DNA of 64,000 nt from assembly GCA_030324005.1 (NCBI GenBank), contig JARDVH010000097.1, forward strand, positions 35,673,945 to 35,737,944, given 5' to 3'. Below, one piece after another: positions 48,050-61,353 of the stretch; within the stretch, counting starts at the first letter, position 1; each line of letters starts with the position of its first letter. The notes under the pieces were generated by a model. That model saw only the letters and a program-made list of their open reading frames with translations. It was not told the DNA's origin and made no database searches. The DNA is from Negaprion brevirostris (lineage: Eukaryota). The translations under genes and the position numbers were made by a program.

Positions 48050-49460
48050 TGTGGTGGTGTATGTCATCAGAAGCAGCAGAATTTTACTCAACCACAATCT
48101 ATAGTGTCATGGCCCAGCATATAGCTCCCAACTACAATTATCACCAAACCAATGTGAGAGTGACTGTCCTTGACATCAAGACCACATGTGACTGATTATG
48201 GCAATAAGGAGCCCTAACAAAACTGAAGTCAATGGAAATCAGGGGGAAAACTCTCTACTCTGGAGACATCACTGGCACAAATGAAGATGATTATGATTGT
48301 TGGAGGTCAATCATCTCAGTTCCAGGACATCACCATAGGAGTTCCTCAGAGCAGTGTACTAGGTCACCTTCAGCTTCTTCATTAATGGCCTTCTATCATA
48401 AGGTCAGAAATGGGGATGTTCACTGATGATTGCACAATGTTCAGCACCATTTGTAACTCCTCAGGTATTGAAGCTGTCCATGCAAGTACTAGACAATCAC
48501 TATCTCCAGCAAAAGAGAATCAAACCATCGCCCCTTGACTTTCAATGGCATTACCATCTTGAATCCTCCACTATTAACATCCGGATGGTTATCATTGAAA
48601 TTGAACAGGAATAGCCATATAAATACTGTGGCTATGAGAGCAGGTCAGAAGCTAGTATCCTGTGGCAAGGAACTCATCTCTCAACTCTCTAAGATCTACC
48701 CACAAACTACAAGATACTAGTCAGGAAATGAGGAATTTTTTCTCTTGGAGGGTGGTGAATCTGTGAAATTCTTTACCACAGAGAGGCCTCTGCGGTAAAG
48801 GCTGGGTCATTAAATATATTCAAGGTTAAGATAGATTTTTAATCAGTAACGGAATCAAAGGTTATGGGGATAAGGTGGGAAAAAGGAGTTGAAGATTATC
48901 AGATCAGATCAGTTGTGATCTCATTGAATTGCACATGAAGCAGACTCATTGGACCGAATGGCCTACTTCTCCTCTTCCTGTGCCTAATTTGGTGTAGCTC
49001 CAGCAGCATTCAGGAAGCTTGACATCATCTGAAGTAATGCAGCCCACTTTATTGGTACACATTCAACAAATATTCATTCCCTCTACCACTGTTGTGCAGT
49101 GGCAACAATGTTCATCATTTACAAGCTGCAATGCAAGAACTCACCAAGGCTCCTGGAACAGTACCTTCTAAACCCATAACCACTGCCATCTAGAAGGACA
49201 AAGGCAGAAGACACATGGAAACAACCTACATGGAACTTCCCTTCCAAGCCACTCACCATCTGACTTGGAAATATATCACTGTTCCTTTACTGTCGCTGAG
49301 ACAAAATCCTGGAACTCCCTCCCTAACAGCACTGGGTTTATCTTATGTGGATGATAGCGATTCATGAAGGCATCTCACCACTATCTTCTCAAGGGCAGTT
49401 AAAGATGGGCAGTAAATGCTGACCTAACCAATGATGCCCATATCCTACAAATGAATAAAA
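48050..49460 (+). mobile_element. Zenon-like LINE RT-to-3' fragment with a nested CR1 3' end (about 48725-48980)
   Basis: VRVTVLDIK...GALTKLKSMEIRGKTL, GVPQ.SVLG, MFTDDCT; tail gatgggcagtaaatgctg...atgaataaaa. Confidence 0.85.
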
Positions 49461-50603
49461 TTAATTAACTTTGGCATTGACCTTTTAAGCCAATGACCAG
49501 TTTCATGCTTTATATCTTATGTAATCCTACATTCTTCAAACAAGGATACTTACACCTTTTATGCATGTCATAATTGCTTCTTATTTCACATTCTTTCACT
49601 ATGAGAAGTACAGCTGAAGTCTCCCACGTATCAGTCTCACAATATTTGCTTTTCCTTTTGAGGACAATTGTCCTGGCATTGGAAAAAGCATTTGGCTAAC
49701 TTTCAGTGACATTGTGGAGAGAATTTGAACTTACAAATGCAAGTGAGTTTCTAGTGCTGATGGGGAATTAACAGCTCTGACATTGATAGTTCCAAACTTC
49801 CAACTTCTATATTCAAAGAACAACACAGCACGGGAAACAGGCCCTTCGGCCCAACGAGCCCGCGCCGCCGTCCCATTGTCAACTGCAGCACATTTGATTG
49901 TGTGCAAGTGATTGATTCTGGAGAGATACATTCAAAAACATTAATCGCTCATTGAGTGCAAACATATCAGGAGTTTTAATTTTAGATGTACAACTTTCAT
50001 GGGGCTTCTTGGGAAGCTAGTGAGTGCTGGACAAGAACCTTACAATTGAGAGGGATCAAAATTGGAAGGCAAATATTTGTGCATGTACTGAAATCTCAGA
50101 CACTTCATTATCTAAATGTGTGAAAGCATTTTGCTCACAGTCCTGGTTCGAGAGTTAATAATCCACAATTGATGGGTTAATTTCATTATTTTACAGGCGA
50201 TTTCCACTATTTTGGAAGTCAGTTTCACTACTTTGGAGGGAATTTTCATTACTATGGATCTTTGTGTATCTGATTTCCATTTTGTATGTGTGATATATCA
50301 GAGCAGTCTGGGCACCACATATGCCGAGCCTGAATCTCAGAAGAGGACCAAGATGACCAGCAGCATCAACAACTGCCAGAGAAAGAGCACCAGCAAGAGT
50401 GGGAAAAGGACAGGAGCAACACCAGATGCCTCATGTGGAAAAGTGAAACACTTTGCTCACAGGCCAGTGTCTCTATGGGGAGAGTGGGGATGAGCAGAAA
50501 GGTACAGTTCACAAGGGGGAGATATCTGCAAAACACATTGTGCAGACAGACATTCAGCATCTTGACTACCAGCGTCTCAGTGATTCAGACTCTCACGTTA
50601 GAC

Positions 50604-51983
50604 CAGTAGTGGACAATCTACGGCCCCGAAGCCACGTGTGGCCCATCAGAGCTTTAAGTGCAGCCCATGAGACATTTTGTTGACTGTTGCCCACACAAAA
50701 AGTTGCCACATTCTGCTGGTTTTCATCCACGTAGCTCTTTTTTTTTCTCTGGTATCATTGAAGTGATTTACAAGTGAAATAAGAGCACGTGAAGTGAGGT
50801 GTATGCTGATTGCACACAACAGCCAGGATTCTCCCAAAAAAGTTCTAAGTGTTGAATTTGCAGGAAATCTGGAGTAAATCATGCTTTGTTTTTAAGAGTG
50901 AGTTCACACTAGAATCTCCCAAACTCTGTGCAATGCAGAGGCCATGAGTGTGATTATCAGTAAATTTCAGGGTTGGGGCCTATTCCCACTGGAAAGGCTG
51001 AAATTGGTGGGCATGCGCAGTGGCCCTGAACTGTCAGCCTGCAGTTTGTTGGCCGGCTCAATCGCTGGCCAGCCCAGGACCCCTGCAGTGCTAACTGCCC
51101 CCCAACCTGGGCCACCAATCTCCAGCCCTCCATTCACAACAGTGATCCACCGCGTAACCCCCCCTCAACCCTCAGCCCAGCCTGCCCCAATCGCTGGCCT
51201 CCCTCCTGCTCCGACTGCATCCCAATGCAGAGTGGCACACCCTACCCCCACTGATTGTCCCCTNNNNNNNNNNNNNNNNNNNNNNNNNNNNNNNNNNNNN
51301 NNNNNNNNNNNNNNNNNNNNNNNNNNNNNNNNNNNNNNNNNNNNNNNNNNNNNNNNNNNNNNNNNNNGGGGTACCATTCCCCCACCGCCCGACCCCCAGG
51401 GAGACACCAATTTCCCTCCTTTGCTCCAGTGGAATCAGCCCACTTGTTCCCTGAAACTGGGGAGCTAATGTTATACCTGCGAGAGTGACATACTTCTGCT
51501 GAGGCAGGAGATGCTAGCAGGCCTAGAGACTTCAGCCCCAGGTCCACTCTATTTAAATGCTAGCCCTGCCTCCCAGTGACCCCTGCACAGCACAACTGCT
51601 GCTGGAAATCCAGGCCTGAGAGATGAAAACAAGGTGTGAACACTGGTGGGAATCCCACAAATCAACCGATGCGCAATTCTCCCAACCTAATGCATTAAAA
51701 CATTAGCATAGTGAGATGGGAGAATCACCCTATTGTGAGAGTTATGCATTCCCTCTGCATCCAAATCATAAATACTTATTTTGTTTTTATGACTTGAAGT
51801 TGACACAAGTTCTGTTAATACATGAATGATTAAGCATCTTCTAGAAACTGTTATAAAATATTTTGTGTGTTTTAAACGTATTCAATCTTATTCAAGGCCA
51901 TACCTAGCGAATATGCCCAACTTTAAACTTGTGGATTACTGAGATGAAGGAGCTCACTCACTCACCCAGGTTGCCCACCTCTA
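50604..51983. mobile_element. Non-autonomous hAT-Charlie element hosting a Harbinger MITE
   Basis: Left cagtagtggacaatctacggcccc...gtgtggccc preceded by cgttagac (NNNTANNN); right caggttgcccacctcta. Confidence 0.6.
50822..51730. mobile_element. PIF/Harbinger-type MITE
   Basis: TIR cores ggattctccc / gggagaatcaccc; C-rich interior with gap. Confidence 0.65.
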
Positions 51984-52049
51984 TATTTAACATTTGAAGC
52001 TTACTTGAGAAAGACCTGTTACCAAATTGGCCAGTTAACTACGCTTGAC

Positions 52050-52440
52050 CAATATGTGTCAAAGTCACAACAGCACTCAGCTGCTTTGCCAATAATGGTA
52101 GGATCTTGCAGTCAGAGGTCCATTAATGTATCACACTGGTGATGAACATCATGTTTGCCAAGGCAGATAGTGGTGTACACTTTGTCACAAATGATGTTAG
52201 TCAGAATGAGTTAGTGCTGGGATGTATGGCTTTGGTTGTGCTTTCACATAGGTACAGGACACCATCAAATGCACACATGGCAATGAAGACACCTATGGAT
52301 CACCCAGAACTGTTCATCAATTGCAAGGGCGTCCATTCCATCAATATATAGCCGTTGTGTAACAACAAAGAGATCTTTATGCAGGTGTATACAAGATTCC
52401 AAGCAGCTGCGATGATGCTTTCATCCTGTGACATTTCACC
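52050..52440 (+). mobile_element. PIF/Harbinger (HARBI1-type DDE) transposase fragment
   Basis: HMAMKTPMDHPELFINCKGVHSINI*PLCN...MQVYTRF matches HV.I.AP......NRKG.HS.NVQ.VC....V.AR.PGS.HD; VKVTTALSCFA upstream. Confidence 0.8.
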
Positions 52441-52529
52441 TTCTCAAATTTCTTTGCAACTTAAAGCATACTTATCAGCTTGCTGCTTGAAAACAATGCA
52501 TAGCCACATAAACGTTGCTGATGACAATG

Positions 52530-53130
52530 GCAACAAAACCTGTATTTATAAAGCTCATTTAGTGAAATAAAACATCCCAAGGTGCTTTACAGAGGAATAA
52601 TAAAACAAATATGACCCAGAGGCATATAAGGAAAGACCAGTGGCAAAAGCTTGGTGAAAGTGGTACATTTTAGACTGTCTAAAGGAAGGAAGAGAGGTTG
52701 AGAGATTGAGGCGTGCTGGGAGGGGATTACAGAACTTAGGGCTAGGCCACAAATGGTGGAGCAATTAAAATGAAGGATGCTCCAAAAATCAAGTTAATGA
52801 GTGCAGATATTTAGAGAGTTGTGGGACGGGGGAAGATTATGGAGATTGACATGGCTAGGCCCTGGAGGGGGGGGGGGGTTGAAAACAAAGATGAGAGTTT
52901 TAAAAGTGAGGCAGTTCAATCGGTTCAGTGTAGCGTAGTGCAGCAAGCACAAGGAGTGACAGATGAATGGGATTTGGTATGAGTTAGGACAGGACCAGCA
53001 GGTTTTGGATGATTTCAAGTTCTCAAATTACTGCTGATCCGGTAATGGATTTCAGATACATACTCTGATAATTAATCAATAGAGGTTGAGTTGGATATAG
53101 TCTGTGCACATGTGAAGCCACAAAATAGGC
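52530..53130 (-). mobile_element. L2 LINE 3' fragment
   Basis: aaacatcccaaggtgctttacagagg tail; HSLCLLHYATL...FKTLIFVF; PKFCNPLP. Confidence 0.7.
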
Positions 53131-54367
53131 AGATGATGGGGACAGCAGAGTGGGAGACTGGTACCGAGTAGAGGGAATGGCCGGTCCCAACCAGCATTGG
53201 GAGGTGTGGGGGAGGGTAGGTGTGGTGCAGGAGGGGAGAGGCCATCACCTCAAAGCAAGAGGAGTGGAGTCATTATCATCATTCTTGAGGAACGTGTCGA
53301 AGATTAAAAACATGAATTAGGACTGTCACAGTAAGAACATTTCAATCAGGGGATTACCACTCCGTTCCTCTTCATTTGGACTAAGATAGAGTTCTGCACT
53401 TCTAGCTTGAATTTCTGAAAAGGGGCCACTTCAGAAGTGTGGAGTATATCTGTTCTTGCAGATCGTCCTTCTAGTGCAGGATTATCGGGAGAAGCCAAGC
53501 CATGACCTCTTTCTATGACACTAGATACTGTATTTGATTAAGTCTTCTTCATTTACACAAAAAAGGCTTTGGGACATTTAAGTAGCTGATTGGTGTGTTA
53601 GTGAATGAGTGTGAGTGATGTAAGTGAGGAGAGTGAGTAGGATAGTAGAGTGGGTAGTGTGCCAGCTGCATAAAGTTCGGTAGGTGACAGGGTGCCAGCT
53701 GGGTACGGTGACAGAAGGGTAAGGTGGTCATGTTGGGGCATTTCAAGCTGGGTGGAATTGGAGAGTCAGGGCAGGTGTTGGACAGTCGGGGGAAANNNNN
53801 NNNNNNNNNNNNNNNNNNNNNNNNNNNNNNNNNNNNNNNNNNNNNNNNNNNNNNNNNNNNNNNNNNNNNNNNNNNNNNNNNNNNNNNNNNNNNNNNNNNN
53901 NNNNNNNNNNNNNNNNNNNNNNNNNNNNNNNNNNNNNNNNNNNNNNNNNNNNNNNNNNNNNNNNNNNNNNNNNNNNNNNNNNNNNNNNNNNNNNNNNNNN
54001 NNNNNNNNNNNNNNNNNNNNNNNNNNNNNNNNNNNNNNNNNNNNNNNNNNNNNNNNNNNNNNNNNNNNNNNNNNNNNNNNNNNNNNNNNNNNNNNNNNNN
54101 NNNNNNNNNNNNNNNNNNNNNNNNNNNNNNNNNNNNNNNNNNNNNNNNNNNNNNNNNNNNNNNNNNNNNNNNNNNNNNNNNNNNNNNNNNNNNNNNNNNN
54201 NNNNNNNNNNNNNNNNNNNNNNNNNNNNNNNNNNNNNNNNNNNNNNNNNNNNNNNNNNNNNNNNNNNNNNNNNNNNNNNNNNNNNNNNNNNNNNNNNNNN
54301 NNNNNNNNNNNNNNNNNNNNNNNNNNNNNNNNNNNNNNNNNNNNNNNNNNNNNNNNNNNNNNNNNNN

Positions 54368-54400
54368 TACCCCAGTCCAACGCCGGCATCTCCACATCAT
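54368..54400 (+). mobile_element. Penelope tail at gap edge
   Basis: taccccagtccaacgccggcatctccacatcat. Confidence 0.75.
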
Positions 54401-54759
54401 GACTCCCTCAGGGGGACAGCCACTGTGGAGCTGCCTCAGGGAGCTGCTAACCTGTGCAAAATAAACATGTCACAAGTGTTGATGTGGCACAATTATGCAT
54501 AGACCTCAACCCCAGAGACATTTGTTAATTTTGTTTGAGTGCTGACCTTTCATCCTGCCCTGGATTGAAGTTTCAGCTTAAACATGAGAACCATCTCGTC
54601 AATCAGTCCGCCTGCCTTCTATAAAGGCAAATGGACACCATGAAATTTGGATTAACTGGTGTTTAATTAATTTAAATTGGATTCTTGATTGTCGGCAGGC
54701 ATGGTTCCCACTCTCACGTGTTCTTGCTGACCGAAGTATCACATGTGCCAACAGAGTTG

Positions 54760-55095
54760 GCATGATAGCACAGTGGTCAGCACTGCTGTCTCACAATGCC
54801 AGGGACATGGGTTTTATTCCAGTCTTGGATGACACTCTGTGTGGAGTTTGCATGTTGCCCCGTGTCTGCTTTGGTTTCCTCCCACAGTCCAAACATGTGC
54901 AGGTTAGGTGAATTGGGCATGTTAAATTGCCCTGTAGTGTCTAATGATGTGTAGGTTCGGTGGATTAGCCAGATTAAATGTGCGTGGTTATAGGGATAGG
55001 GTGGAGGGGTGTGGTCCTGGGTAAGATGTTCTTTTGGAGAGTTAGTGCAGACTGGACGGACCAAAAGGCCTCCTTCTGCACTATAGATTCCTGTT
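54760..55095 (+). mobile_element. HE1 V-SINE
   Basis: gcacagtggtcagcactgctg...cctcccacagtccaaa...ggcctccttctgcactatagattc. Confidence 0.9.
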
Positions 55096-55544
55096 TCTAT
55101 AACATCAGGACACACACACTCACTTTCTTCTCACACAATTTCACATGCTTCAGAGTTAGGCACATAACCAAACTTTGGATATAAAATTCTGGCCTTAATG
55201 TATGAATATGACCATTCTGCAGTATAAAAGAGCAGTGCTTCCGATTTCGCTCTATCAGTTGAGAGAATCTTCGGATCCCCATTATAGGATTTCTGTTGCA
55301 TGACTGATTTCACAAGCTATCATTATCACAGTGAGATGTCTGTCAGTTCATTGATATCTCCAAATGGGCAGATGCTCTTCAATATGGAGCTCTGAATACA
55401 AATGCTTGTTTTTAAATGGTTGATGATGGAATATAAATATAATGAATGGATTTTTATGAATGAAAATGGTTTCTGAAAAAAGTTTGCAGTAGACACGTAG
55501 AACTTTTTTTTTCATCTCAGTATGGGTTTTGATGTCTGCACATA

Positions 55545-55940
55545 GTAGACACTAGGTAACTTGGAATGGAGGGTATAGGGGCAAAGAGTGATGGCTGTGG
55601 ACATGGGCTGGCATGAGTTGGCACTAAGTTGGCTTTGGGGCTATAAAGGACATGGAGACTGGGTACACAGAGGTATAGGTTTCATGGAGGCATGGACTGA
55701 GTGGGGGCATGAGGTGACATGGGTTGGCATGAATAGGACATGGAGAGTGAGATCTGGAGGGGGTTTAGGTTTCTTTTTACAGCTTGGGTGAGGTCCTGAA
55801 TAATGAAGGCGGGCCTTGCAACAGCCCATTTCTGCACACGGCAGCCCCCAAGGATGGCTGCAATTTCTTTTCAAGCATGGCAGGCCTGATTCCTTTCAAC
55901 AGTACCACCCCCTATCCTGCCTAAACAAAATTCAGACCAT
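55545..55940. mobile_element. PIF/Harbinger-type element right part
   Basis: ggcatg-rich low-complexity interior ending aaaattcagacc. Confidence 0.45.
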
Positions 55941-56284
55941 CCAAGATACATTCTTCCATATTGGTCTAATGGAGCTGGGAACTTTCCCAAATCTGCGCTT
56001 CCAATTGGAAAGTGAAAATTCCAGTCTTTCCCTTCTCCTTCCATATGAATTTCACTAAATTTTCTCTTTGTGACCACTACAACTCAGTGGCACACATTTC
56101 TTTTCCTTCCCCCTCAGTAATTGTTTGTGTTTCTTTGAAATATTACATAACCTCCCTGTGGCTCACACAAATATGCCTTTACAGATGTACTTAATTTCCA
56201 GTTTATACCTTTTTTTGAAGTTTGGTGGGGATGTTATTAAAACTATCAGTTCAATGTTCACAGGTGGTGAAGAAAATAAATTAA

Positions 56285-56740
56285 ATGCTTGGGTGCATAG
56301 CTAAGGATATGACTTATGTCTAGAGAGGTGATATTGAAGTTGCATCTGGCTTTGGTGGAAGCCACATCTGGAGTGCTGTATGGATTTCTGGTCTCTGTAT
56401 AACTGGAAATAATTCTTGAAGGGAATCTGGGCGCTTAGTGCTGTATTTAGACGGCTGCATTATGAGGGCAGGCTATTGGCCTGCAATGCTCTATCAAGAA
56501 TGCAACCATCCTGCATTTAATCTAGAGACTGCAACGGTTTTGACTGATATGATAATGTTTGAATCAGGAAGATTCTCCTGTCAAGCATAGGAACCTAGAA
56601 TTGTGGAAAACAGTTCAAAGTTCAAGATGTAAAAAGAAAATTGGCAATTTTTTCAACAATGCTTTAGTAAAATGGTGATACAATGGTGGAAGCGATTGCC
56701 AGAATATTATGGCCTGATAGTGAGAGGACTAAGGGTGAGA
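56285..56740 (+). mobile_element. Old CR1 3' fragment
   Basis: gccacatctggagtgctgtatggatttctggtct (PHLE.C..FWS). Confidence 0.55.
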
Positions 56741-57059
56741 TGGTAGCAAGCGTTTTGTGGAACCTGGAGGAGAATTCCTACCTCTACCAATTAGACAAGA
56801 ACAACATTTGGGATTTTTTTTCAGTCATTAAGGACCACTGAGTTAGGCTGTTCAAGTCATATTTCTTTCTCTCACACTTGGGATTTTGGTATCGATAGGA
56901 AGGCCAGTATAATTTGGCTCATCCCTAATTTTCTTTAAGAAGGTTGTCGTGAGCTGCTATCATCCCATTGTCCGCCCCTTGCCTGCACCAATTCTCGTCG
57001 CTGGCGGGGCAGCAAAGTTCTGGTGTGACTTGCAGCAGAAGTTGCAAGTGGTGTTAAGT

Positions 57060-57972
57060 AGCAATGGTGAAAATGTTTACAGATGACATAAAAATTGACT
57101 ACATGGTTGACAATGAGGAGGGAAGCTCTTGACTGCAAAAATATATCCTATGATTCTATGATATCAATGGATTGGTCAAGTAGGCAGAAAAGTAGCAAAT
57201 GGAATTCATTCTGGATGCATTTGGTGAGGTCAGACAAGGCAAAGGAATGCAGAATGAATGGAACTATACTGAGAGGTGTAGAACAAGTGAGGGAACTTGG
57301 AATGCATGTTCATAGATCCCTGAAGGTAGCAGGGTAGGTCGATAAGGTGGTTAAGAAGGCATATGGAATATTTTCTTAGTCTCAGCAAGGGATATAAGAC
57401 AACGGGTTATATAAAGCATTAATTAGGCCATAGCTTGAGTACTGTGTGCAGCTCTGGTCAAGTCATTTTGGGAAGAATGTAATTGCATTAGAGAGCATAC
57501 AAAAAAGATTTATGAGTAAGTGGTCAGGACTGGAAAATTGTAGCTATGTGGAAAGATTAGATAGGCTGGAATTGTTCTCCTTGGAATAGAGAAGGCTGAG
57601 GAGAGACTTGATTGAGATGTACAAGGTTGTAAGGGGCCTGCATAAAGTGGATAGGAGGAGCCTATTTCTCCTAACAAGAGGTGAGTGATTCGCAGAACAT
57701 AGATTTGTGATTGGTCGAAAGATTAGAGGAGAAATTAGGCAAACTTTTTCATCCAAAGGATGGTAGGGATCTGGAACTCAGTGTCTAAGATGCCAGTAGA
57801 GGCAGAAATACTCAATTCATTTTAAGGAGTCTAGATATGCCCTCAATTGCCATAACTTCTTGGGCTATGGACTAAATACTGGCAAATGGAATTTGGCTGT
57901 TTTTTTCAGCTGTTGCAGACACAGTTAGCAGATTGGCCTCCTATTGTGCTGTAAATCTTTCTATAGTTTCTA
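57060..57972 (+). mobile_element. CR1 3' about 900 bp
   Basis: MFTDDIKI, RELGMHVHRSLKV, RP.LEYCVQLWS, YVERLDRLELFSLE.RRLR.DLIE.YK; tail ctgtaaatctttctatagtttcta. Confidence 0.85.
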
Positions 57973-58929
57973 AATATCTGAAAATAAGGAATGTTGGAGT
58001 AGGGTAGAGGAGTGGCAGTCTGTGAATTATTTCTCAGGAGAACCAAGAAGGACACATTGGGCCAAATAATTGACCCGCTTCCTAATTTTCCAGCATCTAG
58101 TGCCTTTGCCATTCTAGGTTGGTGGAATTGTGGGTTTAGAAGGCACTGTTGAAAGAACCTTGACAAATTGTTGTGGTGCAAATTGCAGCTGATAAACACT
58201 GCAGTCCCTATACACCATTGGGGGAGAGATTGAATGTTGAAGGTGGTAAATGGAGTGCCAATCAAATGGGCTGCTTTGTCTAAATGGTGCTGAGCTGCTT
58301 GAGTTTGTTGGAACTACACTCATCCAAGCGAGTTGAGAGTGTTCCATTACATTCCTCATGTGTGTCTTCTGCATGGGGGACAGGCTTTGAGACAGGGGGA
58401 AGTAGGAGTGAGGGACATATTACAGATGAGTTGCTCAATGCAGATTTCCCATCCTCTGACCCATTCTTGTGGACACAGTGATTGTTCAAGTTTAATTTCC
58501 ATATAATTTTAATCCCAACGATGCTGATGGTATGAATTTGGTGCTGGTAATGCCATTGAATGTCATAGGGAGATGGTTAGATTTTCTTTTGCTGGAGATG
58601 GCCATTGCCCACAAATTGTATAGCATGAATGTTACTTGCCACTCATCAGTCCAAGACTGAATGTTGTCCAGGTTTTACTGCATTAGGACATGGCTGCTAC
58701 AGTGTCTGAATAGTTGCAAATGGGACTGAAAACTGCAATCATTGCAAATATCCCCTCTTCTCAACTTGTGTTGGAAGGAAGATTATGAATAAAGCAGCTG
58801 AAAATGGTTTACAATGAGGATCCTACCCTGAGGAATGCCTCCAGCAATTTCCTAGGGCTGAGACGATTGGCCTCCAACAACCAGAGCCAACTCCCTTTGT
58901 GCTTGGTATGACTCAAGGTGATGCAGAGT

Positions 58930-59370
58930 TTCAAAACCAGAAAATGCTGGAAATTCTCAGCAGGCCTGGCAGCATCTATGGAGAGAGAACAGACCCAAGG
59001 TTTTGAGTCTTGATGACTCATCATCAGAGCTGAAGCCAGCAGAAAATAGGATGATATTTATACTGTTAGGGTGAAGGGGTTGACAAAGATATCACAGACA
59101 AAAAGTCAAAGGGAAAGTAAATGGTGGTGATCATGTCTAACAAGGGTGCTGATAGTGACCATTAAGAGATCAGAATGTGTAAATGACAGAACAAATGTGA
59201 GCAGAGTGTCAAAGAATAACTTAAAATATGTAACAGATGGCTCTGGTGGAATGAAGTAAGAAAAGATAAAATGAAATAAAGTAACTGGAAATGGGGGTGA
59301 GGTTGTTGAAGTCAATGTTCAGTCTAGAAGGCTATAAAGTGCCTCAGTGGAAGATGAGGTGCTGTTCCAT
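58930..59370 (-). mobile_element. Penelope-related 3' element (family 2) with decayed hammerhead motif
   Basis: Reverse: ...cagtataaat...gctCTGATGAtGAGTCatcaaGACTCaaaac...gatgctgccaggcctgctgagaatttccagcatttt; the gaacattgacttcaacaa end resembles a Penelope ORF terminus. Confidence 0.75.
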
Positions 59371-59854
59371 CCTAATTCATATTGACTTCAATTTTACTCA
59401 GGTTTATTGATGCCACACGCTGTCAAATGTTGCCTTAATGTCAAGGACAGTCACTGTCATCTGATATTGGAATTCAGTTTCCTTTATTTATGTTTGGGCC
59501 AAGGTTTTAATGAGGTCTGGAGCCAATTGGGCCTGGCCAAATCTAAACTTAATTTTGATGAGCTGGCATGTGATAGTACTATCGATGACATCTTCCATCA
59601 CTTCATTGATGATTAAGAGTAAACTGATAGGACAGTAATTGGCTGGATTTCATTGCTTCTATTTTTTGTAGCCAGGACATTATTGGGAAATGCTCCACAT
59701 TGTCAGGGAAATATCATTTTTGTAGCTGTACTGGAACAGCTCGCATAGGGGTATGACTGGTTCAGGAACCCAAATCTTCAGTGCTATAGCCAGGATTTTG
59801 TCAGGGAGCTGATAATGTTTGCTGTTTGCAGTGTGCTCAGTCATTTCTTGGTAT

Positions 59855-60108
59855 CATAAAACCCTAGAGTGCAGAAAGAGGCCATACGGCCCATCGAGCC
59901 TGCACCGACCCCAATCCCACCCAGGCCCTACCCCCATATCCCTACATATTTTATTCACTAATCCNNNNNNNNNNNNAGCACCTGGAGAAAACCCACACAG
60001 ACACTAGGAGAACATGCAAACTACACACAGACAGTGACCCGAGCCGGGAATCGAACCCTCTGGAGCTGTGAAGCAGCAGTGCTAACCACTGCGCTACTGT
60101 GCCACCCC
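59855..60108 (-). mobile_element. HE1 V-SINE (small gap inside)
   Basis: gggaatcgaaccc...gcagcagtgctaaccactgcgctactgtgccaccc; tail cagaaagaggccatacggccc. Confidence 0.9.
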
Positions 60109-61032
60109 AAGCAGCATTGAGTAAATTGAAGACTGGCATTTGTCATACTAGGGTCCTCAAGAGGAAGTCACGATGGATCACCCACTTGACATTTCTGGCT
60201 GAAGACGGCTACAAAAGCTTCAGCCTTGCATTTTGCACAATGTGTTGAACTCTATCATCATTTTGATGTGGATGTTTGTGGAACTTCCTCCTCTCCATAG
60301 CTGTTTAATTGTCCATCACAATTCACAACTGAACGTAGGAGAGCAGAGCTTAATTTGATCTGATCCATTGGTTGTGGAATTGTTTAGCTCAGTCCATCGT
60401 ATGTTCCATGCATTGGCACTCCATTTTTAGGTCAGGCCAATCAAGTGCAAATTTTGACTGGTGCAAATGAATTTAGGAGACTAGGTCTGATATGAACATT
60501 TGAATTACAGTTCAATGTTTTTACCAGACCCATGCTATGTTCAGGCAATAACTAGGGCTGTCCAGAAANNNNNNNNNNNNNNNNNNNNNNNNNNNNNNNN
60601 NNNNNNNNNNNNTTAGCCTTGAGATTCTGCATGGCTGAATTTTTGTAGTTGCTCTTCTTTGAGACACAGTAAATTGTCACTCTGATGTTACCTATAGATC
60701 TCAACATTCTTGATTGTCAGAATTTTTCAGTTATTTTGGTTGACTGCTACTTACATTGGAAACTTATGAGTCAATCGCCTCAATCATTAAAGTGTGACAA
60801 ACGCTTTGGATATAATAAAGTGGAACAAGTAAGAGAACTCAAAGTTGGGGTACATTTGAATATTGCCAAGATAAAATGAAAGAGAAGTCGGGCAAGTAGA
60901 ATTTAGATTTGAAATGGGAAATATTTTGAATGCGAGACAGAAAAGATGCAAATAAAATACACATTAGTAAAGAAGAGAGAGGGCACATCAAAGGTTGGCT
61001 TTCCATTGATAAATAGAGATAATAGGTAAAAT

Positions 61033-61353
61033 GATCATAGAATCCCTGCAGTACAGAAGGATGCCATGTGGCCCATCAGGTCTGTACCGACCACAAACCC
61101 ACCCAAGCCCTACTATCGAAACCCCACATGTTTACCCTGCTAATTTGCTGACACTAGGGTCAATTTAGCATGGCCAATCCACCTAACACACACATCTTGG
61201 ACTGTGGGAGGAAACCAGAGCACCCAGAGGAAACCCACGCAGACACAGAGAGAACGTGCAAATTCCACACAGACAGTGACCCAAGGCCAGACTTGAACCC
61301 AGGTACCTGGCACTGTGAGACAGCAGTGCTAACTGCTATGCCATCATGCCACC
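61033..61353 (-). mobile_element. HE1 V-SINE, full length
   Basis: catagaatccctgcagtacagaaggatgcc tail through gcagtgctaactgctatgccatcatgccaccc head. Confidence 0.9.

Larger units (their letters stand above)
58070..60410 (-). mobile_element. Zenon-like LINE fragment, interrupted at 58930-59370 and 59855-60108
   Basis: Colinear with 48050-49250 and 2981-3756 (cctgaggaatgcc; gccttaatgtcaaggacagtcac = VTVLDIKA). Confidence 0.8.

Noticed and set aside
50212-50683. Purine-rich ORFs 50212..50493 and 50453..50683
   Set aside because: No recognisable domain; the second runs into a hAT terminus
50944-51468. Proline-rich 174-aa ORF
   Set aside because: C-rich MITE interior spanning a gap
52139-52570. 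HARBI1 host gene
   Set aside because: Short fragment with stop and frameshift, decayed motifs and no exon structure
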